63,621 bases of DNA, filler included, from Candidatus Woesearchaeota archaeon (GCA_003650545.1; 15 parts of 15 records of this genome joined end to end with filler, not necessarily neighbours in it); one strand, 5' to 3'. Positions 1-10,607 are shown, numbered from the whole stretch's first letter. A program made the numbers and translations. The notes: a model not told the origin generated them from the letters alone.

Positions 1-774
1 TGGTAATAATATGTTTCTGAATACATATCGTTGGAAAATTCTTCTGGGTTTAAGTCCTTTAGCCTCGGCGAATATTAAAAAGTCCTCTGCCAAAATACTT
101 ATGGTTAAATATCTTGAAGATAGGAGCCATCCGAAGCTTTGAGTAAGCACTAAAGATAAGGCAGGTAAGAAACCATGTTTTATAACAGAGATGATAAAAT
201 CTAGCGTTAATCCAGGAGTTAAACCGGGATCATATGCACCTCTAGAGGGGAACCAACCTAAGATATAACTAAAGACCAGTACTAGCACTACGGCCATTAT
301 ATAATATGGTATTTGAGAGAGAATTATTGCAAGATTACTTATAACTCTGTCAAATTTTGATTCTCTTCTCCATGCAGCAAGCGTTCCTATGACAACACCT
401 AACACCCAAGATATTATGGTCGAAAGGCCAAGTAACCCTATAGTCCATGGTAAGCGTTTGAGAATAACTACCTGAGCAGGGTTAGGAAATGCAATTAGCG
501 AAGGTCCTAAATTTCCGCGAACTAGTTGCTTTAAGAAGCATAGGTATTGTGTTAAAAGACTGCCCTCAAGACCAAATGTAGCTTTATATTCTTCTATTAC
601 TTGTCTTGCAAACTCTGCTTGAACATATTGAGTTGCCATAAGCGAGCCAATAAAAGCATCTAAGGGATTTCCGGGCATCAACCTGAAGAGAAAGAACGTT
701 ATTGTGATTGCCCCAAATAATGTGCCGAAATATGAAATCAGTCGTTTAATAATGTACTTATGTAGCGGTTTCAT
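1..774 (-). CDS. ABC peptide/oligosaccharide transporter permease (DppB/OppB family), 3' truncated
   Basis: Manual translation from ATG 774: MKPLHKYIIKRLISYFGTLFGAITITFFLFRLMPGNPLDA..., a typical DppB N-terminus. GGAGG SD upstream; divergent from the solute-binding protein gene. Confidence 0.85.
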   Translation of the reverse strand, partial: MKPLHKYIIKRLISYFGTLFGAITITFFLFRLMPGNPLDAFIGSLMATQYVQAEFARQVIEEYKATFGLEGSLLTQYLCFLKQLVRGNLGPSLIAFPNPAQVVILKRLPWTIGLLGLSTIISWVLGVVIGTLAAWRRESKFDRVISNLAIILSQIPYYIMAVVLVLVFSYILGWFPSRGAYDPGLTPGLTLDFIISVIKHGFLPALSLVLTQSFGWLLSSRYLTISILAEDFLIFAEAKGLKPRRIFQRYVFRNILLP

Positions 775-922
775 TATTCGTTCCTCCACTATTACTTATT
801 ATTACATGTAAGTCTTAAAAACATTATCCGCAATCTACTTGTTCCTTCTTGAGTAATGAGTAAGAAATAGAAGGTTTAAATACTATAGTAACTTTTTACT
901 CAATTAGAGGGGTGAGGAAAAT

Positions 923-2989
923 ATGAAAGTTAGGATGAGTATAATCCTCTTTCTAATACTTCTTACAGCGATGTTATTCATAATGCCCATAAAGCCTACA
1001 GCATCAGAAGAAGAGCTACCGGTGCCCCGAGAGGAAACTTTAATAATAGCAAGACCAGGGTTTTCTCGATTTGATATCTTTAACCCCTTTATCCCTAATG
1101 GTTTGGCTTGTCCAGAAGCTTATGATACGATAATCGGCGAGTACTTATGGTATATTAATTATGCTACAGGCGAGATAATATATTGGTTAATAACAGGCTG
1201 GGAGTACGAAAATAACTACACTACTTTAATTTTCCACGTAAGGAAGGGAGTAACATGGAGCGACGGTAAGCCCTTCACAGCTCATGATATTGCATTCACT
1301 GTAAATATGATAAAAGAGAACCCAAAATTGTACTTACACCCATGGATTGATATGTGGGTTGATAGTGTAGATGTTCCAGACAACTATACATGCGTTATAC
1401 GCCTCAAGATGCCGAATCCGAGATTTCATACTACCTTTAAATCGTGGGGGCTTCATATAGTTCCAGAACACATATGGAAAGATAAAGATCCTTTAACATT
1501 TAAGAACTTTCCACCTATAGGCACTGGTCCATACAAACTATATAAAGTCATACCTGAGAATAACATGTTCATATTCATTAGGAATGATGATTACTGGGCA
1601 GCAAAGGTTTTTGGACCAGAATATCTACCTAAGCCTAAGTATATAATTTATCGCGGTCTCTCTTCACCAGATGCAGAATATCTTAACTGGATCAGAGGAG
1701 ATATAGATGCGTTTGTACCATCAGACGTACTGTCTGTAGATGCAATTAAGAAGGCGTTAACATATCCTCATACTGCTCTTTGTCCATTCTTAGATCCATG
1801 TCCAAGAGGGATGTGGATCAATACGCAAAGATACCCACTAAATTACACCCAGGTACGGTGGGCGCTGTCGTATCTATTTAATAGAGAGAAACTTGCTAAG
1901 TTCTGGCCTTCCGTCACGCTAACCATGCCAGCTAAGTATCCATGGGCCGACTGGCCAGGTCTTAGAAAGTATGCTTTTCCGGAGGTCTTCGACAAATACA
2001 AGTTAGAGTATAATCCGGAGAAAGCAGCTAAATTATTAGATGAACTTGGGATAATAGATCGCGATGGCGATGGAATAAGAGAAACACCGAACGGAACAAA
2101 AATGTCATTTGTAGTCTGGGGAGGTGATTACTTAGCTCTAGAATTCGCAGAGGAAGCAAAGAAAATAGGTATTGAGATTATAATAAAGCCATTGACAGGT
2201 ACTACATGGGAGCTCATGGAATTAGGCAAAATAGATATGGCTATTTACGAGTTATGTACATATACGCCTTTTACAAACGATCCATACTTCCTCTTAGAAA
2301 TATTTCATAGTAAGTACGCTAAGATGTTTCCAATAGGCACTAGAATGCAAGTTGGAGCGTGGGTAAGACTTGTAGATCCAGAGCTAGACGAAATAATAGA
2401 TAAGTTAAGTGTAATACCAACAGATACACCAGAAGGTTTAGAGCTTCTAAAGAAAGGATTAGAATTATGGATGCGGGACCTACCAGTAGTACCAATAATA
2501 GAGACTATTTATGAAGTAGGATGGTCGACCAAGTATTGGACCGGATGGCCTACTTCAGATAATCTCTATGCTTGGCCTGCAATTTGGTGGCCCGAATTCC
2601 TCTTCGTGATATTTCACTTAAAACCAGCCCACATAGAATATATCCAAGTATGGTTTACTCAGCCTGTAGAAAGATTCATCGGAGCTGACGGTAAAGAATA
2701 TGGACCCTTTGAACCTGGCGACTCTGCACGAATCCCAGTACCTGATGCAGATTTCCTAATTAAGCAAGGTATTGCATCAACCAAACCAGTAATAGTCGGC
2801 ATCGAAGAGTTAAGGGAAACAGTCTTCTCCCTTGAAGAGGATATTAACAGACTACGCACAGAGTATGAGAATGTGATAAATAGTATAAGTAAGAGTATAG
2901 ATACTGCGATTAAACTCTCAAGCGTTGCCATATGTATTGCATTAATCGCAATAGTACTTTCAATAATTTCTCTTAAGAAACGGAGATGA
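923..2989 (+). CDS. ABC transporter substrate-binding protein family 5 (archaeal, C-terminal membrane anchor)
   Basis: Signal peptide; motifs VPREETL, RKGVTWSDGKPFTAHD, PIGTGPY and YNPEKAAKLLDELG; C-terminal coiled coil plus TM helix and KKRR; GGGGTGA SD. Confidence 0.92.
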   Translation: MKVRMSIILFLILLTAMLFIMPIKPTASEEELPVPREETLIIARPGFSRFDIFNPFIPNGLACPEAYDTIIGEYLWYINYATGEIIYWLITGWEYENNYTTLIFHVRKGVTWSDGKPFTAHDIAFTVNMIKENPKLYLHPWIDMWVDSVDVPDNYTCVIRLKMPNPRFHTTFKSWGLHIVPEHIWKDKDPLTFKNFPPIGTGPYKLYKVIPENNMFIFIRNDDYWAAKVFGPEYLPKPKYIIYRGLSSPDAEYLNWIRGDIDAFVPSDVLSVDAIKKALTYPHTALCPFLDPCPRGMWINTQRYPLNYTQVRWALSYLFNREKLAKFWPSVTLTMPAKYPWADWPGLRKYAFPEVFDKYKLEYNPEKAAKLLDELGIIDRDGDGIRETPNGTKMSFVVWGGDYLALEFAEEAKKIGIEIIIKPLTGTTWELMELGKIDMAIYELCTYTPFTNDPYFLLEIFHSKYAKMFPIGTRMQVGAWVRLVDPELDEIIDKLSVIPTDTPEGLELLKKGLELWMRDLPVVPIIETIYEVGWSTKYWTGWPTSDNLYAWPAIWWPEFLFVIFHLKPAHIEYIQVWFTQPVERFIGADGKEYGPFEPGDSARIPVPDADFLIKQGIASTKPVIVGIEELRETVFSLEEDINRLRTEYENVINSISKSIDTAIKLSSVAICIALIAIVLSIISLKKRR

Positions 2990-3202
2990 GGCACTTAAAA
3001 GCCTATCAAATCATTTTTCATTAACTTATGATAACCTAAATACTATCATCATCTAAAGCCAGTACTAAGTCCCCCAAAAGAGAGAATAAATAATTTTGAT
3101 TTCTATTACGCTAAAATTCTCTTTAAATTTCTGTAAAAATTCACTATAACTTAAATAGTTGTTTCATCTCTAAGCAAAGTCACTAACTACCACTAATTGA
3201 AA

Positions 3203-3619
3203 CTAGTTTATGCGCAACTTAGACGGAACACTCCTTTCAAACTCCTCCACAGTAATCCTCCTCCTAGGCCCCCTAGTGAGAATGAAATACCTCTTACCCT
3301 CTATTTTAACGAAATCTACATCCCTAAAGAAAAGCCACATAAGAGCAGCAATCTCCGCAAGACCCCAATGGCAGACATCTGCAATAAGACGCTTACCCCT
3401 AAGCAGATCGATATACAACCTCTTCGTAACACCCTTTACGAAATCGTATCCAGCATCCAAACTCAACATAACACAATCCTCCTCCGCGCACTCTACGACC
3501 AAATTCTTATAACCTAACCTCATCAAGATCCTACGCCTCACATCAACTTGATCAACTATGACAACACCCCTATCTTGAAGAACTTCACTTAAAGAAGCAA
3601 AATGAAAGTGAAATCCCAA
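3203..3619 (-). CDS. hypothetical protein
   Basis: 138-aa ORF on the purine-rich strand with protein-like composition; no motif recognised. Confidence 0.4.
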   Translation of the reverse strand: MGFHFHFASLSEVLQDRGVVIVDQVDVRRRILMRLGYKNLVVECAEEDCVMLSLDAGYDFVKGVTKRLYIDLLRGKRLIADVCHWGLAEIAALMWLFFRDVDFVKIEGKRYFILTRGPRRRITVEEFERSVPSKLRIN

Positions 3620-4055
3620 GGGCTAAAATGACTTATGGAGATACCGTATATCAAAGCAATATCAAACACCTCCCCAACCTCATATGCCCTCCTAGCATCA
3701 AGCACCCTAGTCCTCACCTCCTCGTCACTTCAATCCCCATCTCATAGAGCTCCTCCAAAATCCTCTTCATACTCTCGAGAGAAGTGTAGGATTGTTTTTA
3801 TAACTTTTTATAACTTCTCTCAAGAGCTATTACAAGAAGCTAAAAGCAATACCATAGCTTATGATCCGAATGTGTAAGTCTAAAGGAGCTTGAGAATTAA
3901 AAACAAAGCAGTCTAAATATCAAAAGCATCATTACATTTTTAAATGAAAAATTTAAATACTTTTTGGGTAAGTCACTAAAATAGGTCATAGTTTGGCTGA
4001 TGTTTCTTTTTTGAAAAATAAAAACCATAAAGGCACACTCTTGGGGGTTGGTAGA

Positions 4056-4553
4056 ATGCAGTTATCTGAGAGGCTTTTGAAGGCTGTTGCCTACCTAGTC
4101 TATAGACATTTCAAGCTTTTCGGGAAAGGAGTTGATAGGCTCAAGCTGATGAAACTGCTCTTCCTCGTAGATTATGACCTCACCAAGCACCCACCGCAGA
4201 AGCGAGGACTTACTGGGCTGGAGTGGAAGATCTACCTCTGGGGACCGTACGCGTATGATGTATATTGTGCAAAAGATCAGTTAGTCGAGAAGGGGATCCT
4301 TGTGGAAGCCTTCCCATACAGGACTTTACTGCCTGATGATGAAGATGCCCTTAAGAAATTGATCGACAGCCTTGATGGTAAATTAAAGCAGGTTATCGAT
4401 GAGGTTCTAGCCAGATACGGAGATCGTGATGGTATTGACCTCACCTACCTAATCTACAGAATCTTACAGTTAACTCCTGCTAGAAAGCATAAATACTTCG
4501 AGATGACAATCGACAACTATCTACGTGAGCTCAAGAGGGAGCAAACTGCATGA
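4056..4553 (+). CDS. Panacea/SocA-like (DUF4065) antitoxin-family protein
   Basis: KLMKLLFLVDY and WKIYLWGPY match the family KLxKLLY...xGP signature. ATG 4056 follows GGGGG SD (the track ORF starts at 3993). Confidence 0.7.
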   Translation: MQLSERLLKAVAYLVYRHFKLFGKGVDRLKLMKLLFLVDYDLTKHPPQKRGLTGLEWKIYLWGPYAYDVYCAKDQLVEKGILVEAFPYRTLLPDDEDALKKLIDSLDGKLKQVIDEVLARYGDRDGIDLTYLIYRILQLTPARKHKYFEMTIDNYLRELKREQTA

Positions 4554-4638
4554 TAAATGAAGATGAGGCCTCGCCAAGAGAGATTTTTGATGGCATCTAT
4601 ATAGCCGTACGCGGAGAGACAAAGGAAACAAAGTTAAA
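4550..4638 (+). CDS. hypothetical protein, N-terminal fragment (candidate toxin partner)
   Basis: ATGA overlap with the upstream stop; MINEDEASPREIFDGIYIAVRGETKETKL runs off the contig end. Confidence 0.4.
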
Positions 4639-4739
4639 NNNNNNNNNNNNNNNNNNNNNNNNNNNNNNNNNNNNNNNNNNNNTTAATTAATTAANNNNNN
4701 NNNNNNNNNNNNNNNNNNNNNNNNNNNNNNNNNNNNNNA

Positions 4740-5423
4740 CTTGTAAAGAGAGTCACACAGAGAACAAAGACATGGCTCTGGAATCCTGATCCCATCCAGA
4801 CTATAGAGAGATGTATGGAAGTGGTAGAGCATGCAAAGAATGCAACTTATAGCTCATGCACGGGATATGGTGTTGCAAAGTGGTTTGCAGAGCAGGGAGT
4901 AAAGAATTGTTATCACATCTTTGACGGACTTGACTATGACATATTCAAGCCAGTTGAACCAGATGAAAGTTATAGAGCAGAGATCTCATTTATAGGGACA
5001 AGGACAGCAGAAAGAGATAGATTTATCGATTTTCTCAAAGCTATTGGGTATGATATAAAGACTTATGGACAAGGGTATGGCAAAGTAGTAATAGATGATG
5101 AATTTGCAAAGGTATGCTGTAGCTCAAAGTTTATGCTATCTATAAACACTTACAATGACATTGAATGCTATTTCAGTAACAGACTCCTTAGATACATGGG
5201 ATGTGGAGCTTGTGTGTTACACTATGATCCTACTGAGACTCTAAAGAAAGTATTTGATGATGGATCAGAGATACTGTTTTTCAAAGATGAATCTGAGTTG
5301 CAGGATAAGTTGAAAATAAAAGATCCTTGGAAAATAGGATTGAATGGAATGAACAAGGTGTTATCAAGTCTTACTTGGGATCATACAATAGCAAACATTT
5401 TAAATATTACAGGGTTACTATGA
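4740..5423 (+). CDS. glycosyltransferase, CgeB/Glyco_trans_1_2-like (GT-B), 5' truncated
   Basis: ISFIGT, SSKFMLSIN, YFSNRLLRYMGCGA and FDDGSEILFF; frame open from the contig start. Confidence 0.75.
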   Translation, partial: LVKRVTQRTKTWLWNPDPIQTIERCMEVVEHAKNATYSSCTGYGVAKWFAEQGVKNCYHIFDGLDYDIFKPVEPDESYRAEISFIGTRTAERDRFIDFLKAIGYDIKTYGQGYGKVVIDDEFAKVCCSSKFMLSINTYNDIECYFSNRLLRYMGCGACVLHYDPTETLKKVFDDGSEILFFKDESELQDKLKIKDPWKIGLNGMNKVLSSLTWDHTIANILNITGLL

Positions 5424-6301
5424 GAGATAGACCGAAAATTATAGGACTTATATGTGCTTGGGGTTGCAGAGATTGGATAGGTCTTGCTTTAAGACAGGCT
5501 GTGGAATACTGTGATGAAGTGATAGTAAACATTTCATCTCATTCCCCAGCTCTGGACAAATATGATGATGGAACTTATAACATTGCAAAGAATTTTTCTG
5601 GTATAAAGCTGTTTCACACTCCTGTTTATGATTCCCGTTGGAAAAGCCATCATTCTATTGTAAAGGCGAGATTGCTCAATGAAATGGTTGAATATGCATA
5701 TAACAGAGCAGATGGTAATTGGATATGGACTCTGGATGCAGATGAATTTTATCATAGAGGATTTGCTAACTTTATCAGGGAATTCATAGAGAATGTAGAT
5801 GATGAGATAGACACAATTGAACTTGAGTGTAAGATGTTCTATATCAATGCTCACTACTATCTTGTTGGATCTCACAAAAGACTTTTCAGAATCAGACAGA
5901 ACAATATCAATTCTGGAATCTACTTTGTCCCGACCCAGAGATGGGCTTTTGAAAGAAAGAGTGTGTTAATAAAGGGTAAACCTTTGCATCACTACAGCAT
6001 GCTGTTGAATCCTTGGATGAAAAGAGATTTCTGGAAAACAGAGTATCCAGACAAGGATCAGAGTAAAAAGATAAGATGGCTTGATGAGATATACAAGAAT
6101 TTTGACTTGTCTAATCAGGATAAATGGATAAGAAAGAATGAACAGCTTTTTGGAATCAAGTCTCCTTGGTTCTCTGATTCTTTCAAGCCAGATGAAAATG
6201 GTAGATTGTATGAGATGGGAAACGATAGACATCCAGAGATGATAGAGAACAGTTGGGTGGTTGGTGTGAAAGATTTTAGAAATCTTTATCATTTCAGATA
6301 A
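5420..6301 (+). CDS. glycosyltransferase family 2-like (GT-A)
   Basis: YCDEVIV, DDGT and WIWTLDADEFY (DxD motif); ATG 5420 overlaps the upstream TGA. Confidence 0.7.
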   Translation: MRDRPKIIGLICAWGCRDWIGLALRQAVEYCDEVIVNISSHSPALDKYDDGTYNIAKNFSGIKLFHTPVYDSRWKSHHSIVKARLLNEMVEYAYNRADGNWIWTLDADEFYHRGFANFIREFIENVDDEIDTIELECKMFYINAHYYLVGSHKRLFRIRQNNINSGIYFVPTQRWAFERKSVLIKGKPLHHYSMLLNPWMKRDFWKTEYPDKDQSKKIRWLDEIYKNFDLSNQDKWIRKNEQLFGIKSPWFSDSFKPDENGRLYEMGNDRHPEMIENSWVVGVKDFRNLYHFR

Positions 6302-6314
6302 ATAGGAGTCTTGT

Positions 6315-6995
6315 ATGAAACATCTCATAGTTACAAGGTGCGATAACAGTCAATCTGAAATGGCAAGAATATCACATCCACTTATAAAAGAATATGCAAG
6401 AAAATGCAATGCTGATTTTGGGATATTGGATAAAGGTGATGATGTGGGAGTTAGCACTCACTATAGAATCCTAAAATTCTATGATCTGTTTGAGAAATAT
6501 GATAGGATTCTTTCAGTTGATACTGATGTTATAATCAGAAAAGACACACCAAACATATTTGATATTGTTCCACCAAACATGGTAGGGACAATTTATGAAG
6601 ATAAAGGTAGTAGAGAGCAGGAGAGATTAAGGAGAATAAAACAGGTGCAGACTCAGTTTGGTGATGTGGGTTGGAAACATGGATACATAAATACTGGATT
6701 TGCTCTTTTTTCAAGGGAACACAGAATCATATTTGAGCCATCTGATGTCTTATATGATGGATATGGTTACGATGATGTATGGCTTGGGTATAAGATAGTC
6801 AAGTATAAAAAGCAGGTATTTGAACTTGATCCCAGACTCAATTTCATGTCCATGTTTACAGAACCTTGGTGTGGAATGAGAAAGTCAGATGCCTTTGTCC
6901 TGCACTATGCAGGTAAGGGATTCATTCCTTATCTGGATAGGGTAGAGCAGATGAAAAGAGATTTATACATTCTCAGGAGATACGGGATTGTCTGA
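6315..6995 (+). CDS. GT-A fold glycosyltransferase (GT8-like)
   Basis: YDRILSVDTDVII (DxD), YINTGF and LHYAG. Confidence 0.65.
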   Translation: MKHLIVTRCDNSQSEMARISHPLIKEYARKCNADFGILDKGDDVGVSTHYRILKFYDLFEKYDRILSVDTDVIIRKDTPNIFDIVPPNMVGTIYEDKGSREQERLRRIKQVQTQFGDVGWKHGYINTGFALFSREHRIIFEPSDVLYDGYGYDDVWLGYKIVKYKKQVFELDPRLNFMSMFTEPWCGMRKSDAFVLHYAGKGFIPYLDRVEQMKRDLYILRRYGIV

Positions 6996-7684
6996 TGGAT
7001 GTATTTACTTGGGGAACTCTTGGTGATTCTTATATTCAGATGCTGAAGATAAGGTGTATTAAGGATAATGTGAGAGTATTTCATTATTGTGGGAACCATG
7101 ACTATTGGAGATCTGATATAGAAAAGATACTCAGACTTGCTCCCAATGTAAAGGATGTAGTATTTGAAAGGAGATACGATCTACCTGAAATTACTACAGA
7201 TACTCATGAACAAGAAATGGAATTTTTCCCTAATTTACACACAGAGCTATGGGAAGCGGTAGATGAGAGTCTGAGATGGCTTCTTAGCGCAAAATACACA
7301 GTATTTCAGTGCCATTCTGGAAAACCTAAAGGTGGGAATACAAAGAACATTAATCCAGATTACATAAGGAGTTATATAAAGAACAATAAGGATAAGAATA
7401 TTGTATTGCTTGGAACAAATAGGGAACTTTATGGGGATATAACATCTACTCTTAATCTTGTAGGTAGGACAGATATAATTACAGCTATGGCTCTTGTAGG
7501 TGGTGCAGATGAGTTTATTGGAGCTGAGGGGCTATTATCCTTTGTAGCTTTATCACATAGAGTAAAGAGTGATGTATTTTACATATCTCAGGATGCAGTT
7601 GAAAGGAGAATTGTGGGAACTCCTTGGGAACAGTATGCAAATCTTATAGGAGTTTATCATGGTAATAGTTTTTGGGTGTGGTAG
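6995..7684 (+). CDS. GT9/heptosyltransferase-like glycosyltransferase
   Basis: GTLGDS N-terminal motif; LNLVGRTDI...ADEFIGAEG...FVA C-terminal motif. Confidence 0.6.
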   Translation: MDVFTWGTLGDSYIQMLKIRCIKDNVRVFHYCGNHDYWRSDIEKILRLAPNVKDVVFERRYDLPEITTDTHEQEMEFFPNLHTELWEAVDESLRWLLSAKYTVFQCHSGKPKGGNTKNINPDYIRSYIKNNKDKNIVLLGTNRELYGDITSTLNLVGRTDIITAMALVGGADEFIGAEGLLSFVALSHRVKSDVFYISQDAVERRIVGTPWEQYANLIGVYHGNSFWVW

Positions 7685-8312
7685 GTCAGGGACAAACCTT
7701 GTCCTTGAAATGCTCAGGGGAAATCCTTACTTTGTTGCATCAGAACCACCTGAAGACAAACTTGTGTTTTACAGAAAAGGATACCCTGAAAATTATCTTA
7801 CTAAATGCGATACAATTTACTGTAATTGGTCTCTTTTTTCTCAATATATGAATACCATCTCCCATTGCAGAATTGTGTGGACTGTAAGAGATCCGAGAGA
7901 CATGGCTCTATCTAAAATCTACAGGGGATATGGTAGAGCTGACGATGCAACTCTGAATGGATGCTTGGGTGATCTTTTCTATATGTATGGATTCTACAGA
8001 ATGGCAAATGATAGATTTGGAGATAGAATATACACAGTTAAGATGGAAAATGTTATTACTGATATTGAATCAATAAGTAAAGATGTATGCGGATGGTATG
8101 GTATAGAACATCATCCTGACATGCTAACTCCACATCTCAGAATGAGACACAAAGGAAAGAGAGAAAGGTATAAGTCTCTTGATAGGTTTCAGATAGGACT
8201 CTGGAAAAGATATGATGAGATCTATGATGGATTTTTCAGGAATAAAAGGGAGATGGTTGAGACTCTTTTTAACTCGCTTAAACCTTTAGTGGAGTATTTT
8301 GGCTATGGTTAA
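7659..8312 (+). CDS. sulfotransferase family protein
   Basis: GCGRSGTNL (5'-PSB loop) and VRDPRD (3'-PB motif). Confidence 0.7.
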   Translation: MVIVFGCGRSGTNLVLEMLRGNPYFVASEPPEDKLVFYRKGYPENYLTKCDTIYCNWSLFSQYMNTISHCRIVWTVRDPRDMALSKIYRGYGRADDATLNGCLGDLFYMYGFYRMANDRFGDRIYTVKMENVITDIESISKDVCGWYGIEHHPDMLTPHLRMRHKGKRERYKSLDRFQIGLWKRYDEIYDGFFRNKREMVETLFNSLKPLVEYFGYG

Positions 8313-9242
8313 GTATTTAATTACTGGTGGAGCAGGTTTTATTGGTAGTAATTTTATAAGGTATATTCTTTCAAAGGAAAGAGATTGTCATGTCTTAAAT
8401 GTTGACAAACTCACTTATGCTGGAAATCTTGGTAATCTCAGGGATGTTGAGCAGGATGACAGATATGAGTTTGTGAAATGTGATATAGTAGATGATGAAT
8501 TTGGTAAGATCGTGAAAGAATATAGACCTGATATACTCTTAAATTTTGCTGCTGCGACTCACATCGATAGGTCAATAAGATACCCAAAAGAGTTTGTGCT
8601 TACAGATGTAGTTGGAGCGTTTAATGTTGCCTATACTGTTTTAAAGAACAATGTAAAAGTAGCAATTCATATTTCGACCGATGAGATATATGGTTCCATT
8701 ATTGGGAAAAGTGTCAAGGAAGATGCAAAGTTAGATCCTACAAGTCCTTACTCAGCGTCTAAAGCATCTGCTGACTTATTGCTCTTATCGTATTTAAAGA
8801 CATACAAATTACCACTTATAATTGTAAGACCCTGTAATAACTATGGTAGAAATCAGTATCCAGAAAAGCTGGTATCTCTCTCTATTGTAAGATTGCTTTC
8901 AGATAAACCTGTGATACTGCATGGTGAAGGTAAGGAAATCAGGGAGTGGATTCATGTATCTGACTGCTGTAGGGCTTTGTATGGAATAGTTAAGAAAGGC
9001 AGGATAGGCGAGATATACAATCTTGGTAGTGGCATTAGATTTACAAATATGAATATGATAACGATGATAATGGAAGAGATGTTTGGTAGAGTATATGTCA
9101 ATATGATAAAGAAAATACCAAATAGACCAGGCAACGACAAAGGATATGCAATTGACAGTTCCAAACTTGTATCTCTTATTGGAGACTATGTTACAATTCC
9201 TATAAGACAAGGTCTCAGGATGACCATAGATTGGTATAGAGA
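8305..9242 (+). CDS. rfbB: dTDP-glucose 4,6-dehydratase, 3' truncated
   Basis: GGAGFIGSNF, DKLTYAGN, HIDRSI, STDEIYG, YSASK and NNYGRNQYPEKL. Confidence 0.9.
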
Positions 9243-9342
9243 NNNNNNNNNNNNNNNNNNNNNNNNNNNNNNNNNNNNNNNNNNNNTTAATTAATTAANN
9301 NNNNNNNNNNNNNNNNNNNNNNNNNNNNNNNNNNNNNNNNNN

Positions 9343-9622
9343 CCCACTTACTCGTATCCAATTCCGTTCCTTCAAAATCATCAAAAAACTCAAACACACT
9401 GTCTCCATCACTCTCATCCGTAGCAGTAGTACTTCCATAATAAACCCAAATTTCATTATCTCCTTCTTGAAGATCCAATTTGGTCCAAGTATAGTCAGTT
9501 CCTTCGTGCCAATAAGGGAGAGGAGTGAAGTGGTAGCCTTTGCCCAAGGTTTTTGCTACTTCAACCTCTGGAGTAGCAATCACTTTGATGAGTTCTATGT
9601 CGTCAAACGCGACTTTACGCAT
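9343..9622 (-). CDS. DUF2341-like protein, 3' truncated
   Basis: LPYWHE...IWVYYGSTTATDESDGDSVFEFFDDFEGTELDTSKW. Confidence 0.65.
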
Positions 9623-10590
9623 CAGTAGATATAGTAAACAGCAACCCAGACAGAATTAACGACCATGGGAGGACAGTTGGCAGGGACCACCTCCTTCATC
9701 CACAAAGGTTTGGACGACGGGTGCGTCTTAAAAGTGATTGTGTCCCCTGTGTTCCACGTTCCACCCCACCCAGATGCCCTTATTGTGAAGTAGGTTCCCC
9801 CGGCTGGGTTCGCAGGGGAAAAATCCGCTCCAATCGAGCCTGTGCCCACACTCCCTACACGAGCACCTGAGCAAGAAAATCCTGTTGCTGACGTGAACTC
9901 AATTGTCCACTCCTCCTCGATTGTACCCCACGCGTAGACTTCAGGTGGGTAATTTGACTCGTCATAAGTTCCTGAAGTTGAGTTCTCCGCCCAATCCGAC
10001 CAAGACGGCTCGATTGCCCCAAGTTCAAGTACGTGGCACACAGACGCTCCGTCGTCGTACGAGTTTGTCAATCCATTTGTGAGAGTAATCGTGGCGGTCA
10101 CTCCTGACATACTGACCGACTCGATCGTGACGAACTCCTCATCGCCAGAGTCCGCCGGATGACTCTTTTCGGTCAAAAGGAGTTTATCACCCGCTTCCAG
10201 GTCCGGGCATTCGCCGTCGAATACGACTGTGATTTGGGTAGCACCCGCAGACACAGAACCAGAAAGAACGCCTGTGCCGTACCATTTCGGTGAAGAGGCG
10301 AGAAGTTCACTTTGAGTCTGGCTGTGAGTACCCTCGCATACGCGGAAGTAGTCATTACCTGTTGATCGGTGGTAGATCACAAAATCAGTAACCGAAGTGG
10401 TCTGCCCGATCACATGGACGAAAAACTTACGGTAACGTGTGATCCCGGACTGCGCTTCATCGGGCATCACACGCGGGAAGAGGTTGAATAGGATTCCCGA
10501 GATTATTTCCCGAGTGCAGTCTTCATGCCCTCCGTTGGTGTCGCCGTCAGAAACGGTCGCCGACCTGTAAAGTTTGATTTCTATTGGCAT
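9622..10590 (-). CDS. putative virion structural/tail-associated protein
   Basis: MPIEIKLYRS...DTNGG...NLFPRV...GITRYRKFF N-terminus as recalled from phage tail-region proteins; beta-rich Ser/Thr/Gly composition. Confidence 0.5.
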   Translation of the reverse strand: MPIEIKLYRSATVSDGDTNGGHEDCTREIISGILFNLFPRVMPDEAQSGITRYRKFFVHVIGQTTSVTDFVIYHRSTGNDYFRVCEGTHSQTQSELLASSPKWYGTGVLSGSVSAGATQITVVFDGECPDLEAGDKLLLTEKSHPADSGDEEFVTIESVSMSGVTATITLTNGLTNSYDDGASVCHVLELGAIEPSWSDWAENSTSGTYDESNYPPEVYAWGTIEEEWTIEFTSATGFSCSGARVGSVGTGSIGADFSPANPAGGTYFTIRASGWGGTWNTGDTITFKTHPSSKPLWMKEVVPANCPPMVVNSVWVAVYYIY

Positions 10591-10607
10591 GCTCGCTCAC
10601 CTCACTC

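Noticed and set aside
3588..3770. Possible decayed PIN/VapC toxin on the minus strand (MKRILEELYEMGIEV / VFDIALIYGISI)
   Set aside because: The fragments are short, lie in different frames and lack clear catalytic acidic residues; not supportable.
4639..4738. Recurrent N44-TTAATTAATTAA-N44 blocks (14 in total) and ORFs ending in X...LIN
   Set aside because: Artificial contig linkers with stops in all six frames; not biological repeats. ORF tails that enter them are artefacts.
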